Positions 1 to 8,520 of a DNA stretch of 32,000 nt are shown here, one piece after another. Positions within the stretch are counted from its first letter, which is position 1. Every line of letters begins with the position of its first letter. The stretch is from Aeropyrum pernix K1. GTDB taxonomy: Archaea > Thermoproteota > Thermoprotei_A > Sulfolobales > Acidilobaceae. The stretch covers positions 1,320,001 to 1,352,000 of the forward strand of contig NC_000854.2 of NCBI RefSeq assembly GCF_000011125.1, in the 5' to 3' direction. Below the pieces are notes generated by a model. That model had not been told where the DNA came from. It saw nothing but the letters and a program-made list of their open reading frames with translations, and made no database searches. The translations under genes were made by a program, and so were the position numbers.

Positions 1-49
1 GTGTGGAGACTCCGGAGCCGTCTATGCCCTCAAGGGCTACTATCCTCAT
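1..49 (-). CDS. Partial CDS (N-terminal 16 codons, continues past the window edge): P-loop kinase, thymidylate-kinase-like
   Basis: The reverse strand from ATG (47-49) reads MRIVALEGIDGSGVST. This resembles the dTMP-kinase N-terminus (xIxxEGxDGxGKxT), but with V in place of the P-loop Lys. A G-rich SD-like GGGGGTG lies just upstream, 31 nt after the glk stop. Only 16 residues are visible. Confidence 0.35.
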   Translation of the reverse strand, partial: MRIVALEGIDGSGVST

Positions 50-80
50 AACACCCCCGCCCCCGGCTACTCCTAGGCTG

Positions 81-1043
81 CTAGAAGATTGGGAGGTCCT
101 CGGGGTTTCTATAGGCTATTGCGTAGGCCCCCATTACACCCTCGTTATCCCCGAAGCTCGCATCCACAACCTCTATCCTGGACGAGAAGGGGGCGTAGGC
201 CGCTAGATGCCTCTCTATAAGCGGCCTGAGCATCCGCCTGTTGTTCAGGTAGACTGAGCCTCCTATTATGACTGCGTCGACGTCGTAGGCAGCCTTAACC
301 GAGGCTATACCAGCGGCCGACGCCCTGGCTATATAGTCTATAACGTGGAGCGCGAAATCGTCGCCCACGGCGGCCGCCTCAAACACCTCCCTAGCGCTCC
401 CCACCCTCCCCTCTAACGCCGCCCTGTACAGACTAGTCTCGGGACCCCTCCAGCCTCTGGCTAGAACCGAGGAGGTCCTCGGTATCCACCTCCCCCCCGC
501 TATCGCCTCCCAATGACCCGTGCCGCCGCACCCGCACCTCCCGCCCTCCCAGCCCATGTCGACGACTATGTGGCCCACCTCGTGGGCGTTCCCCCGGGAG
601 CCCAGTAGGAGCCTGCCGCCGACTACGAAGCCTCCTCCCACGCCGGTGCTCATGGTTATGTACCCCAGGTCGGGTGTGCCTGCCAATCTGCCCAGCAGAT
701 ACTCGCCCCACGCCGCCGCTACTGCGTCGTTAGCAATGGCAACCTTTGACTTGGGGAACAGCCGCTTGAGTATAGTGCTTAGACGGACTATATGCGACTT
801 GATATTCGGGCTGCCCACTATGTAGCCCCTCCGAAGGTCCAGGGGGCCTATTGAAGCGGCCCCCACTTTCTCGACCCGCCCCCTATCGATGCCTAGCCCC
901 TCGGCAAGGCCCTGGAGAACACGCTCTAAACCTTCCTCGGTACCGGGGTTACGCTCTCTCTTGATAGCCTCTATAACCCCTCCCCTAACTATGGCCATCC
1001 TAACCCACGTGGCACCCACGTCTACAGCAACAACCTCCGCCAC
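81..1043 (-). CDS. glk: ROK-family ATP-dependent glucokinase/hexokinase
   Basis: ORF 81..1211 is trimmed to the in-frame GTG at 1041-1043, so the protein starts just before the phosphate-1 motif VVAVDVGATWVR. It has the ROK signature region GNAHEVGH and the Zn-motif region GRCGCGGTGHWEAIAGG. At about 320 aa it has typical ROK glucokinase length. The longer ORF would run into the divergent neighbour. Confidence 0.85.
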   Translation of the reverse strand: MAEVVAVDVGATWVRMAIVRGGVIEAIKRERNPGTEEGLERVLQGLAEGLGIDRGRVEKVGAASIGPLDLRRGYIVGSPNIKSHIVRLSTILKRLFPKSKVAIANDAVAAAWGEYLLGRLAGTPDLGYITMSTGVGGGFVVGGRLLLGSRGNAHEVGHIVVDMGWEGGRCGCGGTGHWEAIAGGRWIPRTSSVLARGWRGPETSLYRAALEGRVGSAREVFEAAAVGDDFALHVIDYIARASAAGIASVKAAYDVDAVIIGGSVYLNNRRMLRPLIERHLAAYAPFSSRIEVVDASFGDNEGVMGAYAIAYRNPEDLPIF

Positions 1044-1205
1044 GCCGCAACACCACCAATGTTTGTTTTGCCCGGAGATCTTTCGGGAGTAAAGCCTCTC
1101 CGCTAGGCCCCCCGGGACTCGCCGCAGCCAGCCATAGTATGTGGGGGGTCGGGTTTGTATAGGGAGGCGTTGTCTAGGGCGGTTGACCGTGTTAAATGGG
1201 CTCCT

Positions 1206-2750
1206 ATGCACGTTAGGCTGCTGGCTGTAGCCCTAAGTTTGGGGGCGCTTGAGGTCCTCACGCTGGGCACGTACAGGCTCGTCCTCGCGTCCTCGGCCCT
1301 GGCAACGGTTGTAGTTGTAGCCCGCTCTGGCATGCTCGGCGGTATCCTCGATTCTCTGAGGGGCCGTATGCATGGTGGAGGCGGGGAGGATGCGGGGGTT
1401 GGGGGCGTGAGGCTTATGGAGGTCAGGATAAGCCGGGGCGGCTTTGACGCCGCCTCCCAGGTCTCCAGGCTAATACTGTCCAGGTCTAGACAGTCTGGGT
1501 CGGAGTATATCGTGGCCTCCTCGGTGTACAGGGGCTATTCTAGGGTTGTTGTGGCGGTGGCAAACGACAGCCCTGAGGAGCTGAGGGTTGACTATGAAGT
1601 CCTATCGTCGATAATAGCGTCGAACGTGGCGGGAGTTCAGGTCATCCCTCTGGAGGCCGGCGAGGCCGGGGGGCTCGTGAGGAGGCTCTCAAAGCTTCTG
1701 GGCGTCAGAGGCTCCACGCCACCCCTCATACCGCCTCCAAGCCGGGCGGCCCCTCCAGCCGGTGGAGCCGGGCTTCTCAGGCTGGGCGTGAGGCTCGACA
1801 CGCCCACCCCCGAGCCCTTGTACCTTGAGCAGAGCGATATCGAGGGGCATATAGGCGTCTTCGGCAGTACTGGCAGCGGGAAGACCACAACCCTCGCAAC
1901 AATAGCCTGCGGCGCGGCAGAGGCGGGCCTACCAGTCGTGGTGGCTGACTGGCACGGGGAGTACCAGCGCCTAGTAGGGGGCGGGGGTTGCAGGCCTCGG
2001 GTTATAGATCCGGGGCGTGAGGGCGGTGTAAACCCGCTGTCCCTCGGCTGGGACTACAGCGTTAAGACCGCGCTTCTGGCGAGCGCCCTCGGCTTGACCG
2101 AGCCACAACACTATATGCTGCTTAAGCTGCTCGAGGAGCATGAGCCCCGCTCCCTCATCGAGCTCCACAGCATGGTGGAGGATGTTGAGGAGAACTCTCG
2201 TTGGGATAGGGAGGTGAAGAGGGGTTTGATGCGCAGGCTGGGGCCCCTCGCTAGCAGGGCTGGCAGGAGCCTGGTGGAGGGGGAGGGGCCTCCCATAGGG
2301 GGCAGGGGTCTTTACATTGTTGACACAGGCTCTATAGGCAACGTGCAGCTTAGGAAAACCTACTCGATACTCCTAGCAGCATACCTCCAGTACAAGGCCT
2401 ACTCACGCGAGCTGGGGCCTTTACTCCTCGTCGTCGACGAGGCCCACAACATGTTCGACGGGGAGGAATCGTTCCCCTCCATAATGATGGCCGAGTCTAG
2501 GAAGTTCGGCTTATACATAGCCCTGGCCACGCAGAACCCCCACCTGCTCCCCCTGAGAGCCGTGTCCAACACTAACACCAAGATAGTCCACTCCCTCAGG
2601 TGGTGGAGAGACCTGGAGTCCATAGCATCCGCCCTCAGCCTCCCCCGCGAGACCGCCTCTAAGCTACCCCACCTGGGCAGGGGTGAGGCCGTCGTCTACG
2701 CCCCCAGCCTAGGATACCCGGTACTCGCCAAGATAGTCCCTCCCGAGTAG
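1206..2750 (+). CDS. HerA/FtsK/VirB4-superfamily (DUF87-like) ATPase with hydrophobic N-terminal segment
   Basis: Walker A is GVFGSTGSGKTT, Walker B is LLLVVDEAHN, and RKFGLYIALATQNP follows downstream. The N-terminus MHVRLLAVALSLGALEVLTLGTYRLVLASSALATVVVVA looks like 1-2 TM helices. The start is uncertain: TTG 1155, ATG 1206, ATG 1332 and ATG 1416 are all in frame. Confidence 0.75.
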   Translation: MHVRLLAVALSLGALEVLTLGTYRLVLASSALATVVVVARSGMLGGILDSLRGRMHGGGGEDAGVGGVRLMEVRISRGGFDAASQVSRLILSRSRQSGSEYIVASSVYRGYSRVVVAVANDSPEELRVDYEVLSSIIASNVAGVQVIPLEAGEAGGLVRRLSKLLGVRGSTPPLIPPPSRAAPPAGGAGLLRLGVRLDTPTPEPLYLEQSDIEGHIGVFGSTGSGKTTTLATIACGAAEAGLPVVVADWHGEYQRLVGGGGCRPRVIDPGREGGVNPLSLGWDYSVKTALLASALGLTEPQHYMLLKLLEEHEPRSLIELHSMVEDVEENSRWDREVKRGLMRRLGPLASRAGRSLVEGEGPPIGGRGLYIVDTGSIGNVQLRKTYSILLAAYLQYKAYSRELGPLLLVVDEAHNMFDGEESFPSIMMAESRKFGLYIALATQNPHLLPLRAVSNTNTKIVHSLRWWRDLESIASALSLPRETASKLPHLGRGEAVVYAPSLGYPVLAKIVPPE

Positions 2751-3302
2751 CTCGGCGACCCTTCTCGCCACCTCCACACTATCCAGCCAGTCTATCCTTA
2801 CACCCGTGTCCCACCTCTCCACCTTGTCGAAGACCTCGTCAACAACCTCCCTCGGACTCCGGGTGCTTGTATCGACTTCGATTGTGGAGGCTTCGAACCC
2901 CTGCTCCACCAGCTCCCACCCTATCTCGCCGAATGCCTCCGCTAGAACGTTCTCCACAACCTTACCCTCAGGCCATCCCCTGCCCTTCAGCCTCTCCTCG
3001 AGGACTATAGGGTTTGTCCTGAGAAGGACGGCCAGGGCTACCTCAAGCCCTACAGCCTCCAGCCAGAGGGAGGGGGTTACTGTAGAGACTACCCAGCATC
3101 CCATGTCCAGGCTCCTGAGGCGGTCTACAGCGGCGCTCCACTCCACAACTAAAGTAGCCCTGCCTGTGGGGTCTCGGGAAGTCGCGCCCAGAGCTTCAAG
3201 TAGCAGGGAGGACTCGACGAACCTACACCCCGTCTCCTCCGCGATGAGGCGCCCTACACTCGTCTTACCCGTGCCGGGAGTCCCGGTTACCAGGAGCAGC
3301 AA
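2709..3302 (-). CDS. Adenylate kinase isoenzyme-6 / Fap7-like P-loop NTPase
   Basis: The TTG start gives an N-terminus LLLVTGTPGTGKTSVGRLIAEETG, a P-loop placed right at the N-terminus as in archaeal AK6/Fap7. The protein is about 197 aa. Its 3' end overlaps the convergent ATPase gene by 42 nt. Confidence 0.7.
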   Translation of the reverse strand: MLLLVTGTPGTGKTSVGRLIAEETGCRFVESSLLLEALGATSRDPTGRATLVVEWSAAVDRLRSLDMGCWVVSTVTPSLWLEAVGLEVALAVLLRTNPIVLEERLKGRGWPEGKVVENVLAEAFGEIGWELVEQGFEASTIEVDTSTRSPREVVDEVFDKVERWDTGVRIDWLDSVEVARRVAELLGRDYLGEYRVS

Positions 3303-3370
3303 GGGGGTAGTGCACCCTACCAGGAGGAGGTGGTGGCTGGGCGGGGAAACGGGTTGTGCAGCCCGGGTGG

Positions 3371-4630
3371 CTAGAAGAGGTCGCTGAAGGTCAAGAACTT
3401 GACGTTAGTTGGCTTGTGGGTTATCTTGTTTCCAATTCTGTTCCCTATTATTATACCTACGCCTTTCTCTGACGCTATGTCCAGGAGCCGCTGCGTTATT
3501 ATGCCGTCGAACACCACAGCGTAGATCCTGCCCGGCTCGCTCTTGCTTATATAGTCGTAGAGCTCCCTGACCTTGAGCCTGTCGAGCTCCCTCCACTCCT
3601 TGTCATAGACTATAGCCTCCAGTGTGCCCCTAAGCTCCTTCGCCGCCTCTAGGACGGCTTTTGGTATGGTGAACTTCACGGTAGGCGGCTTCTCCTCAGG
3701 CGGCTTGGCGGCCTTCTCCTGCACGGCGGGCGCGGGAGGCTTGGCCTCGGCCGCCGCCTCCTCTTCCCGCTTTACAGCCTCCTCGGCCGGCTTCTCCGCC
3801 GCCTCTATGCCCAGCTCCCTGGCCACTATCTCGGCGGGCTTCATCTGGCTCAGCGCCTGGGCTATCTCCCTCCCCGTGAGGCTCTCCACCTCCCTACCCT
3901 CGGGCGCTCTGGCTACATAGTCCACCTTCATTTGGGGTAGGACGTTCTTCAGTATGAGCTCTCCTCCCCTATCGCCGTCCACGAACAGTATAACCTTCTT
4001 CTGCTCGGCAAGCCGCTTTATAGTCTCGGGCACCTTCTCCCTGGCGCCGCCGAGGGCTATGACGTTTGTGTAGCCGTAGCGGAGGAGGGTGTTGACGTCC
4101 GATCTACCCTCCACTACTATTATAGTGTCGGCCTTCTCGACGCCGGGACCTGCTGGAAGCCTCTCGGGACCGTACTCGACGAGCTTGGCCACCTGCGCCT
4201 TAGCCTGCTCCTCCTGGAGCACCTCTCTTATGATCTCCCTTATATCGGGCTCCTTCTCCTTCATCAGCCTTAGAAGCTCCCTGGCCCTCTGCTTAATCTT
4301 CTCCAGCCTCTCCAGCCTGAGGTCTCGTATCTCCTCTATAGTTATCTTAGCAGGGTAGGGGCCTATCTTGTCTATGGTCTCGAGCATCGCAGCTATAATC
4401 GCGGTCTCCACCCTGCTGAGGTTGCTGGGAACCGATATAGAGCCTATTGTCTTCGTCCCCTGGTACTTAAGCTCAACGTGGATCCTACCCAGCTTGTCCT
4501 TGTTCTGTAGCTCCTCAAGGCTGAAGTCCGACCCCAGCAGGCTCTCTGTCTGCCCAAATATAGCTCCTATGACATCGTGCTTCTCTACCCTACCGTCAAC
4601 CTCCAGCCTCGCCCTGATAAGGTACTTCAT
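3371..4630 (-). CDS. dnaG: Archaeal DnaG-type Toprim protein (primase-like, exosome-associated)
   Basis: The N-terminus MKYLIRARLEVDGRVEKHDVIGAIFGQTESLLG is characteristic of archaeal DnaG. The Toprim motifs are IIVVEGRSD and ILFVDGDRGGE. ATG at 4628-4630 is preferred over the upstream GTG at 4651. Confidence 0.9.
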   Translation of the reverse strand: MKYLIRARLEVDGRVEKHDVIGAIFGQTESLLGSDFSLEELQNKDKLGRIHVELKYQGTKTIGSISVPSNLSRVETAIIAAMLETIDKIGPYPAKITIEEIRDLRLERLEKIKQRARELLRLMKEKEPDIREIIREVLQEEQAKAQVAKLVEYGPERLPAGPGVEKADTIIVVEGRSDVNTLLRYGYTNVIALGGAREKVPETIKRLAEQKKVILFVDGDRGGELILKNVLPQMKVDYVARAPEGREVESLTGREIAQALSQMKPAEIVARELGIEAAEKPAEEAVKREEEAAAEAKPPAPAVQEKAAKPPEEKPPTVKFTIPKAVLEAAKELRGTLEAIVYDKEWRELDRLKVRELYDYISKSEPGRIYAVVFDGIITQRLLDIASEKGVGIIIGNRIGNKITHKPTNVKFLTFSDLF

Positions 4631-4751
4631 CCTCCTACACACCCCATTCACATCATGCCAGCATCATACAGTCCTGCCATACGGCCGGCGAGCCGTAGGG
4701 GTTAGCCTCTCCTCGGCCTTGCCCGTACTAAATCTGTTCTACCGAGGGGAA

Positions 4752-7163
4752 TTATTTCCCCCGCCTCATGAAGTCGAGGAGCGTGCTCTGCCTTCCTCCT
4801 CCCTTCAGCCTCTTCTCAGTTACTCCGAAGTACTGGAGTATGCGCAGAGCCGCTGGCACCACCTGCTTGTCGACATAGTACTCCACGTCAACCTCCTCCT
4901 TGCTAGCCATAAAATAAGGCTTCGCCCTCGTATAGAGGGGGCCTGACCCCTTGGTCACCACGTAGCCGATCTTAGCCCCTGGCTCGACCTTTATGCCAGC
5001 CCTCTCCATAAGTAGCGCTGCGGTCACGTGGGGCTGCCTCGCCTCGTACATTGATGGAGGCCGTGTCAGAGTCTTCCAAATGACCAGTTTCCTCATGTCC
5101 ACCTGGCCCCTCCTAAGCTTCTCTATTATATTCCTGACGTAGTCGACAGCCTCGTCCACGCTACCGGTCTTTAAGACTATCTCTGCCACCTTGAACTGCG
5201 TCTCCTTCGCGAGCTCGCTCCAGTCGCCCCTGACAGCTTCGAAGCCGACTACATCTATCTTGCCGTCCACCGTCAGCCCCACATACCTCTTCTTGGCCTC
5301 GGTGAAGAATACACGCCTGTACACCTTGTCCACCTTAATGTCGAACCCAAGCTCCTCCTCGACAAACCTTATCAGCCTTTCCACCTTCTCAGGATCGTTC
5401 TTGACGAAGAGGCTGTCCGTGTCTCCATATATAACCTCCAGCCCTAGCTCGCCAGCCTTCCTTATAGCAGTCCTTATTATGCTCCTACCCCACGCTGTAA
5501 CCGCCTCTGCACACTCTCTACAGTACCACCTGGCATGGGGCCAGCCCATGTAGCCGTAGCTGGCGTTTGCCAGGAGCTTTATCGCCTTCTGCCTCTCGTC
5601 GAGGAGCTTGTACTCCGGGCTGTCGGGCGGATGCTTCTTCATCTCGCTCCTAATCTGCCTCCTCCAGCTTAGGAACCTCTCAAGTATTTTCTTGAAGAAG
5701 CCGGGAGGGCTCTTCCTGAACTTGTGGCCCACCTCCGGAGCCGTGTATACCTCCTCCTCTCCATACTCCTCCCCAGGCCTGACCAGAGTGTCGGGGCCGA
5801 CGTTATACTTTACCATGATATTCGGGTACATGCTTGCGAAGTCCAGGACGGCAATATCCTCGTGAACCCCCGGCTTGGGCCTGAGTACTATGGCCCCAGC
5901 GTATCTGCCCTCGCTCCTCTCAACCCTGTTGGGCACCAGCTCGCCGAGCTTAGCCGCCTCCCGTATGAGCCTCCACTCCAGTCTGAAGCCTACGCTGGCC
6001 GCCATAACCTGGTCCAGGGGGAGCCCTGAGACTTGTGAGAGCTCCGCCCCGAAGGGTAGGAACTTCTCTGCCAGCCCCATGGTGCTTCTGACATCGTCCC
6101 TTAGGTACTTCCTGAGTATCTCCCGCTTTGACGGGTCATCCCAGTACTCCCCTATCTGCCACCACTCTAGAGTAACCCTCTCCCCTATCTTCACGACCCC
6201 TAGGTAGTCCGCGACTTCCTCGAGAGTCTTAACCTTAACCTCGTGGAGCTCCTCCGCAAAGTCTAGGAGGTCTACGTTGAGCCTGCCAGAGACGGAGTAG
6301 TGCCCGTACAAGCCGGGCTGGGGTTCCACGCTCCTCCTCCCGACCGCAAGCTTCACGCCGAGAACTCTGGCCCTCTCAACCAGGTATGGCCAGTCGAACC
6401 TGTTCTGGTTATAGCCGACTATCACGTCAGGGTCGATACTCTTCACGCGCTCGACGAAGCCGGCTATAACCTTCTTGTCACTCCTATCCTCCGCCTCCAG
6501 GATCTCGATCTCCCCTCCGGCCTGCTGCAACCCTATCATGATTACCGGGTCCTTCTTGGGGTCTGGCGTCCTCATCTTGCTGTAGACCTCTATGTCGAAA
6601 GCCATAACCCTGAGGCCCTTCAGGGGGTCCTCCTGGATCCTCGTCTCGTCCTCCCTTATATCGCCGGAGAGCGTGTAGGCCCTGTCAACGCTATAGCCGT
6701 GGGGGACCGCGACCTCCCTAACCTCGGCCACATACCATCTCATAGGGTATAGGTTAAAGTCTATGATGAACCTGAGGGCGAAGGGTATATCGGCCTCCAG
6801 GACATCCCTAACGCCCCCCAGCCTACGCACAGCCTCCCTATACTCCCTGACGCTTGCGGGGACGAGGGTGGTTACCTTGAGAGCCTCCACCTCCCTGCCT
6901 ATAAACCTGCGTCGAACCCTCTCAACCGAGAGTATTGGGCTGGACGGCCTTGAGAGCCTCCTTATCATAGCTGCCAGCTGGTCGAGGCCTACGCTCCCGT
7001 CGGGCAGCACGTAGAAGTAGGGTCTGAACTCGCCGTAGAACACGACAACCCTAGACCCGTCAGCCCCCCGCCCCCAGAGTATGATAACGGGGGTTGACCC
7101 CCTCATCTCGTACGAGACGTCTAGGAGTTGAAAGGAGAGGAGTGTAGCGTCGGAACCCTTCAA
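4752..7163 (-). CDS. polB: Family B DNA polymerase
   Basis: Exonuclease motif is FDIEV. Polymerase motif A is LDFASMYPNIM, motif B is KLLANASYGYMG, and motif C is YGDTDSLFV. The ORF is 803 aa, uninterrupted, with no intein-sized insertion. The start codon is TTG. Confidence 0.95.
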   Translation of the reverse strand: MKGSDATLLSFQLLDVSYEMRGSTPVIILWGRGADGSRVVVFYGEFRPYFYVLPDGSVGLDQLAAMIRRLSRPSSPILSVERVRRRFIGREVEALKVTTLVPASVREYREAVRRLGGVRDVLEADIPFALRFIIDFNLYPMRWYVAEVREVAVPHGYSVDRAYTLSGDIREDETRIQEDPLKGLRVMAFDIEVYSKMRTPDPKKDPVIMIGLQQAGGEIEILEAEDRSDKKVIAGFVERVKSIDPDVIVGYNQNRFDWPYLVERARVLGVKLAVGRRSVEPQPGLYGHYSVSGRLNVDLLDFAEELHEVKVKTLEEVADYLGVVKIGERVTLEWWQIGEYWDDPSKREILRKYLRDDVRSTMGLAEKFLPFGAELSQVSGLPLDQVMAASVGFRLEWRLIREAAKLGELVPNRVERSEGRYAGAIVLRPKPGVHEDIAVLDFASMYPNIMVKYNVGPDTLVRPGEEYGEEEVYTAPEVGHKFRKSPPGFFKKILERFLSWRRQIRSEMKKHPPDSPEYKLLDERQKAIKLLANASYGYMGWPHARWYCRECAEAVTAWGRSIIRTAIRKAGELGLEVIYGDTDSLFVKNDPEKVERLIRFVEEELGFDIKVDKVYRRVFFTEAKKRYVGLTVDGKIDVVGFEAVRGDWSELAKETQFKVAEIVLKTGSVDEAVDYVRNIIEKLRRGQVDMRKLVIWKTLTRPPSMYEARQPHVTAALLMERAGIKVEPGAKIGYVVTKGSGPLYTRAKPYFMASKEEVDVEYYVDKQVVPAALRILQYFGVTEKRLKGGGRQSTLLDFMRRGK

Positions 7164-7230
7164 ACCCGCCCCCCAATTCTATTGGGGGCTTGTGGGGTGG
7201 AAAATAATACCCCGGCCACGAACGCCAGTG

Positions 7231-7557
7231 TTAGGGGTCCCTCTCTATCTCCCCTATCCTAGTCTTGGCCTCCTGGTAGGCCCTCTCGGGATCGCTTTTG
7301 CCTGTCGCGGGGTCGAAGGGGAATTGGCTCATTACAAGCTTTACACTGCCGTCCTCCAGCTGGACGAAAAGCTGGGGCAGCCATGTCATCCCGAGATCGT
7401 CTGTGTCTCCATGCTCCATGGCGAAGACGTAGTCCTCTTTCTTTACCTCCAGCTCCACGCCTAGCTCCTTCGCCAGCTTCTCAGCCAGCTCGAGCCACAT
7501 CTTGTGCAGCGGGTGGTGGGGCAGGTCGTCCAGGATCACCTTAACTATCTTGCCCAT
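7231..7557 (-). CDS. Hypothetical small acidic protein (108 aa), no family recognised
   Basis: A clean ATG ORF sits between endonuclease IV and polB on the same strand, with short spacers of 55 and 67 nt. The composition is protein-like and there are no Cys residues. Confidence 0.55.
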   Translation of the reverse strand: MGKIVKVILDDLPHHPLHKMWLELAEKLAKELGVELEVKKEDYVFAMEHGDTDDLGMTWLPQLFVQLEDGSVKLVMSQFPFDPATGKSDPERAYQEAKTRIGEIERDP

Positions 7558-7611
7558 ACCCGTTTCACCAACCTCTCAGCTTGGGAGCGGGCCTCTTATC
7601 CTCGATCCAGG

Positions 7612-8469
7612 TCATGCCTCACCCTTGCATATGGACTTCATGAGGAGGGCGTCCTTCTCCAGTATCGGGCTTTCGCTTATGACAACGGCGTTTATACCCG
7701 TCTCCTTGTAAGCCCTGCATACAATCCTCCAGTCGGGGCCGTAGCCTTCCTCCCGGAGTGTGTGGTGCATCCTCTCTCCCCCCTTCCCATACTCTATCTT
7801 GGAGAAGTGGGTGTGGAGGGGGTCTACAGCCTCCCTGCCTAGGTTCGACTCTATATATTCTATTGCCTTCACCACCTGGTCGACGCTCGTGACGAACTTT
7901 CCCTCAGCCCTCGCGTAGAGGTGGGCCCAGTCAACGCATGGCCTGCACCTGGGGGTGTTGAGGCATATCTCCACGGTCTCCTCCAGGCTACCGACCTGGC
8001 TCTGCTTTCCCATGGTCTCGGGGGCTATCCATGGTGTCTTCACCCAGCTTGGCAGGGACTCGATTAGCCTGTTCAGCGCTTCTATAACCCTCTTTACAGC
8101 CTCCTCCCTGCTCTTAAGACCCTTATAGTAGCCTGGGTGGACGACCACTGCGTAACTGCCCATCCATTCGGACGCGATCATCGAGTCGTAAAGCCTCTTT
8201 ATACTCCTCTCCACGACGCTGTCGTCGGGGCTGGAGAGGTTGACATAGTAGGGGGCGTGCATGCTTAGTATAACACCGTTCTCCCTCGCCGCCTCCCCCA
8301 AGCGTCTTGCCTTAGCCTCGCTTATCCTGACGCCCCTCACAGCCTCATACTCAAGCGCGTCTAGGCCAATACTCCTGAGGAACTCTGGAACCTTCACTAT
8401 GTCACCCTTAAACTCCACAGGCTTGCCTGCCGGGCCGAAACGTATGACACCCAAGCCGCACACCCACAT
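7612..8469 (-). CDS. nfo: Endonuclease IV-like AP endonuclease (xylose-isomerase-like TIM barrel)
   Basis: Motifs are IRFGPAGKP, LSMHAPYYVNLSS, VVVHPGY, PETMGK and CVDWAHLYA. They match the metal-ligand pattern of Nfo/AP endonuclease family 2. Confidence 0.85.
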   Translation of the reverse strand: MWVCGLGVIRFGPAGKPVEFKGDIVKVPEFLRSIGLDALEYEAVRGVRISEAKARRLGEAARENGVILSMHAPYYVNLSSPDDSVVERSIKRLYDSMIASEWMGSYAVVVHPGYYKGLKSREEAVKRVIEALNRLIESLPSWVKTPWIAPETMGKQSQVGSLEETVEICLNTPRCRPCVDWAHLYARAEGKFVTSVDQVVKAIEYIESNLGREAVDPLHTHFSKIEYGKGGERMHHTLREEGYGPDWRIVCRAYKETGINAVVISESPILEKDALLMKSICKGEA

Positions 8470-8520
8470 ACACTATCTAACCCTCCAGGATACAGTAATA
8501 GAGTGTAGGGGGCTCATGCC

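Noticed and set aside
3-206. ORF of 67 aa on the + strand at the left edge
   Set aside because: It is antisense to the glk 3' end and to the thymidylate-kinase-like start. The sequence is proline-rich and not protein-like.
81-1211. Full 376-aa version of the glucokinase ORF
   Set aside because: The extra 56 N-terminal residues are Arg/Pro/Trp-rich, precede the ROK phosphate-1 motif, and would overlap the divergent ATPase gene and its promoter. GTG 1043 gives a canonical-length protein.
433-1333. Multiple ORFs of 60-100 aa overlapping or antisense to glk (433..711, 520..825, 889..1092, 1103..1333), with similar nested ORFs inside nearly every large gene (for example 5191..7014 in polB and 19305..20187 in gcvPB)
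   Set aside because: High-GC DNA leaves long open frames on non-coding strands. Their translations are Pro/Arg/Ser/Ala-rich and low in complexity with no motifs, and each lies wholly inside a gene that has strong family signatures.
4752-7163. Checked PolB for inteins or frameshifts
   Set aside because: The ORF is continuous, with normal spacing between the exonuclease motifs and polymerase motifs A, B and C. There is no insertion of intein size or with intein block motifs.
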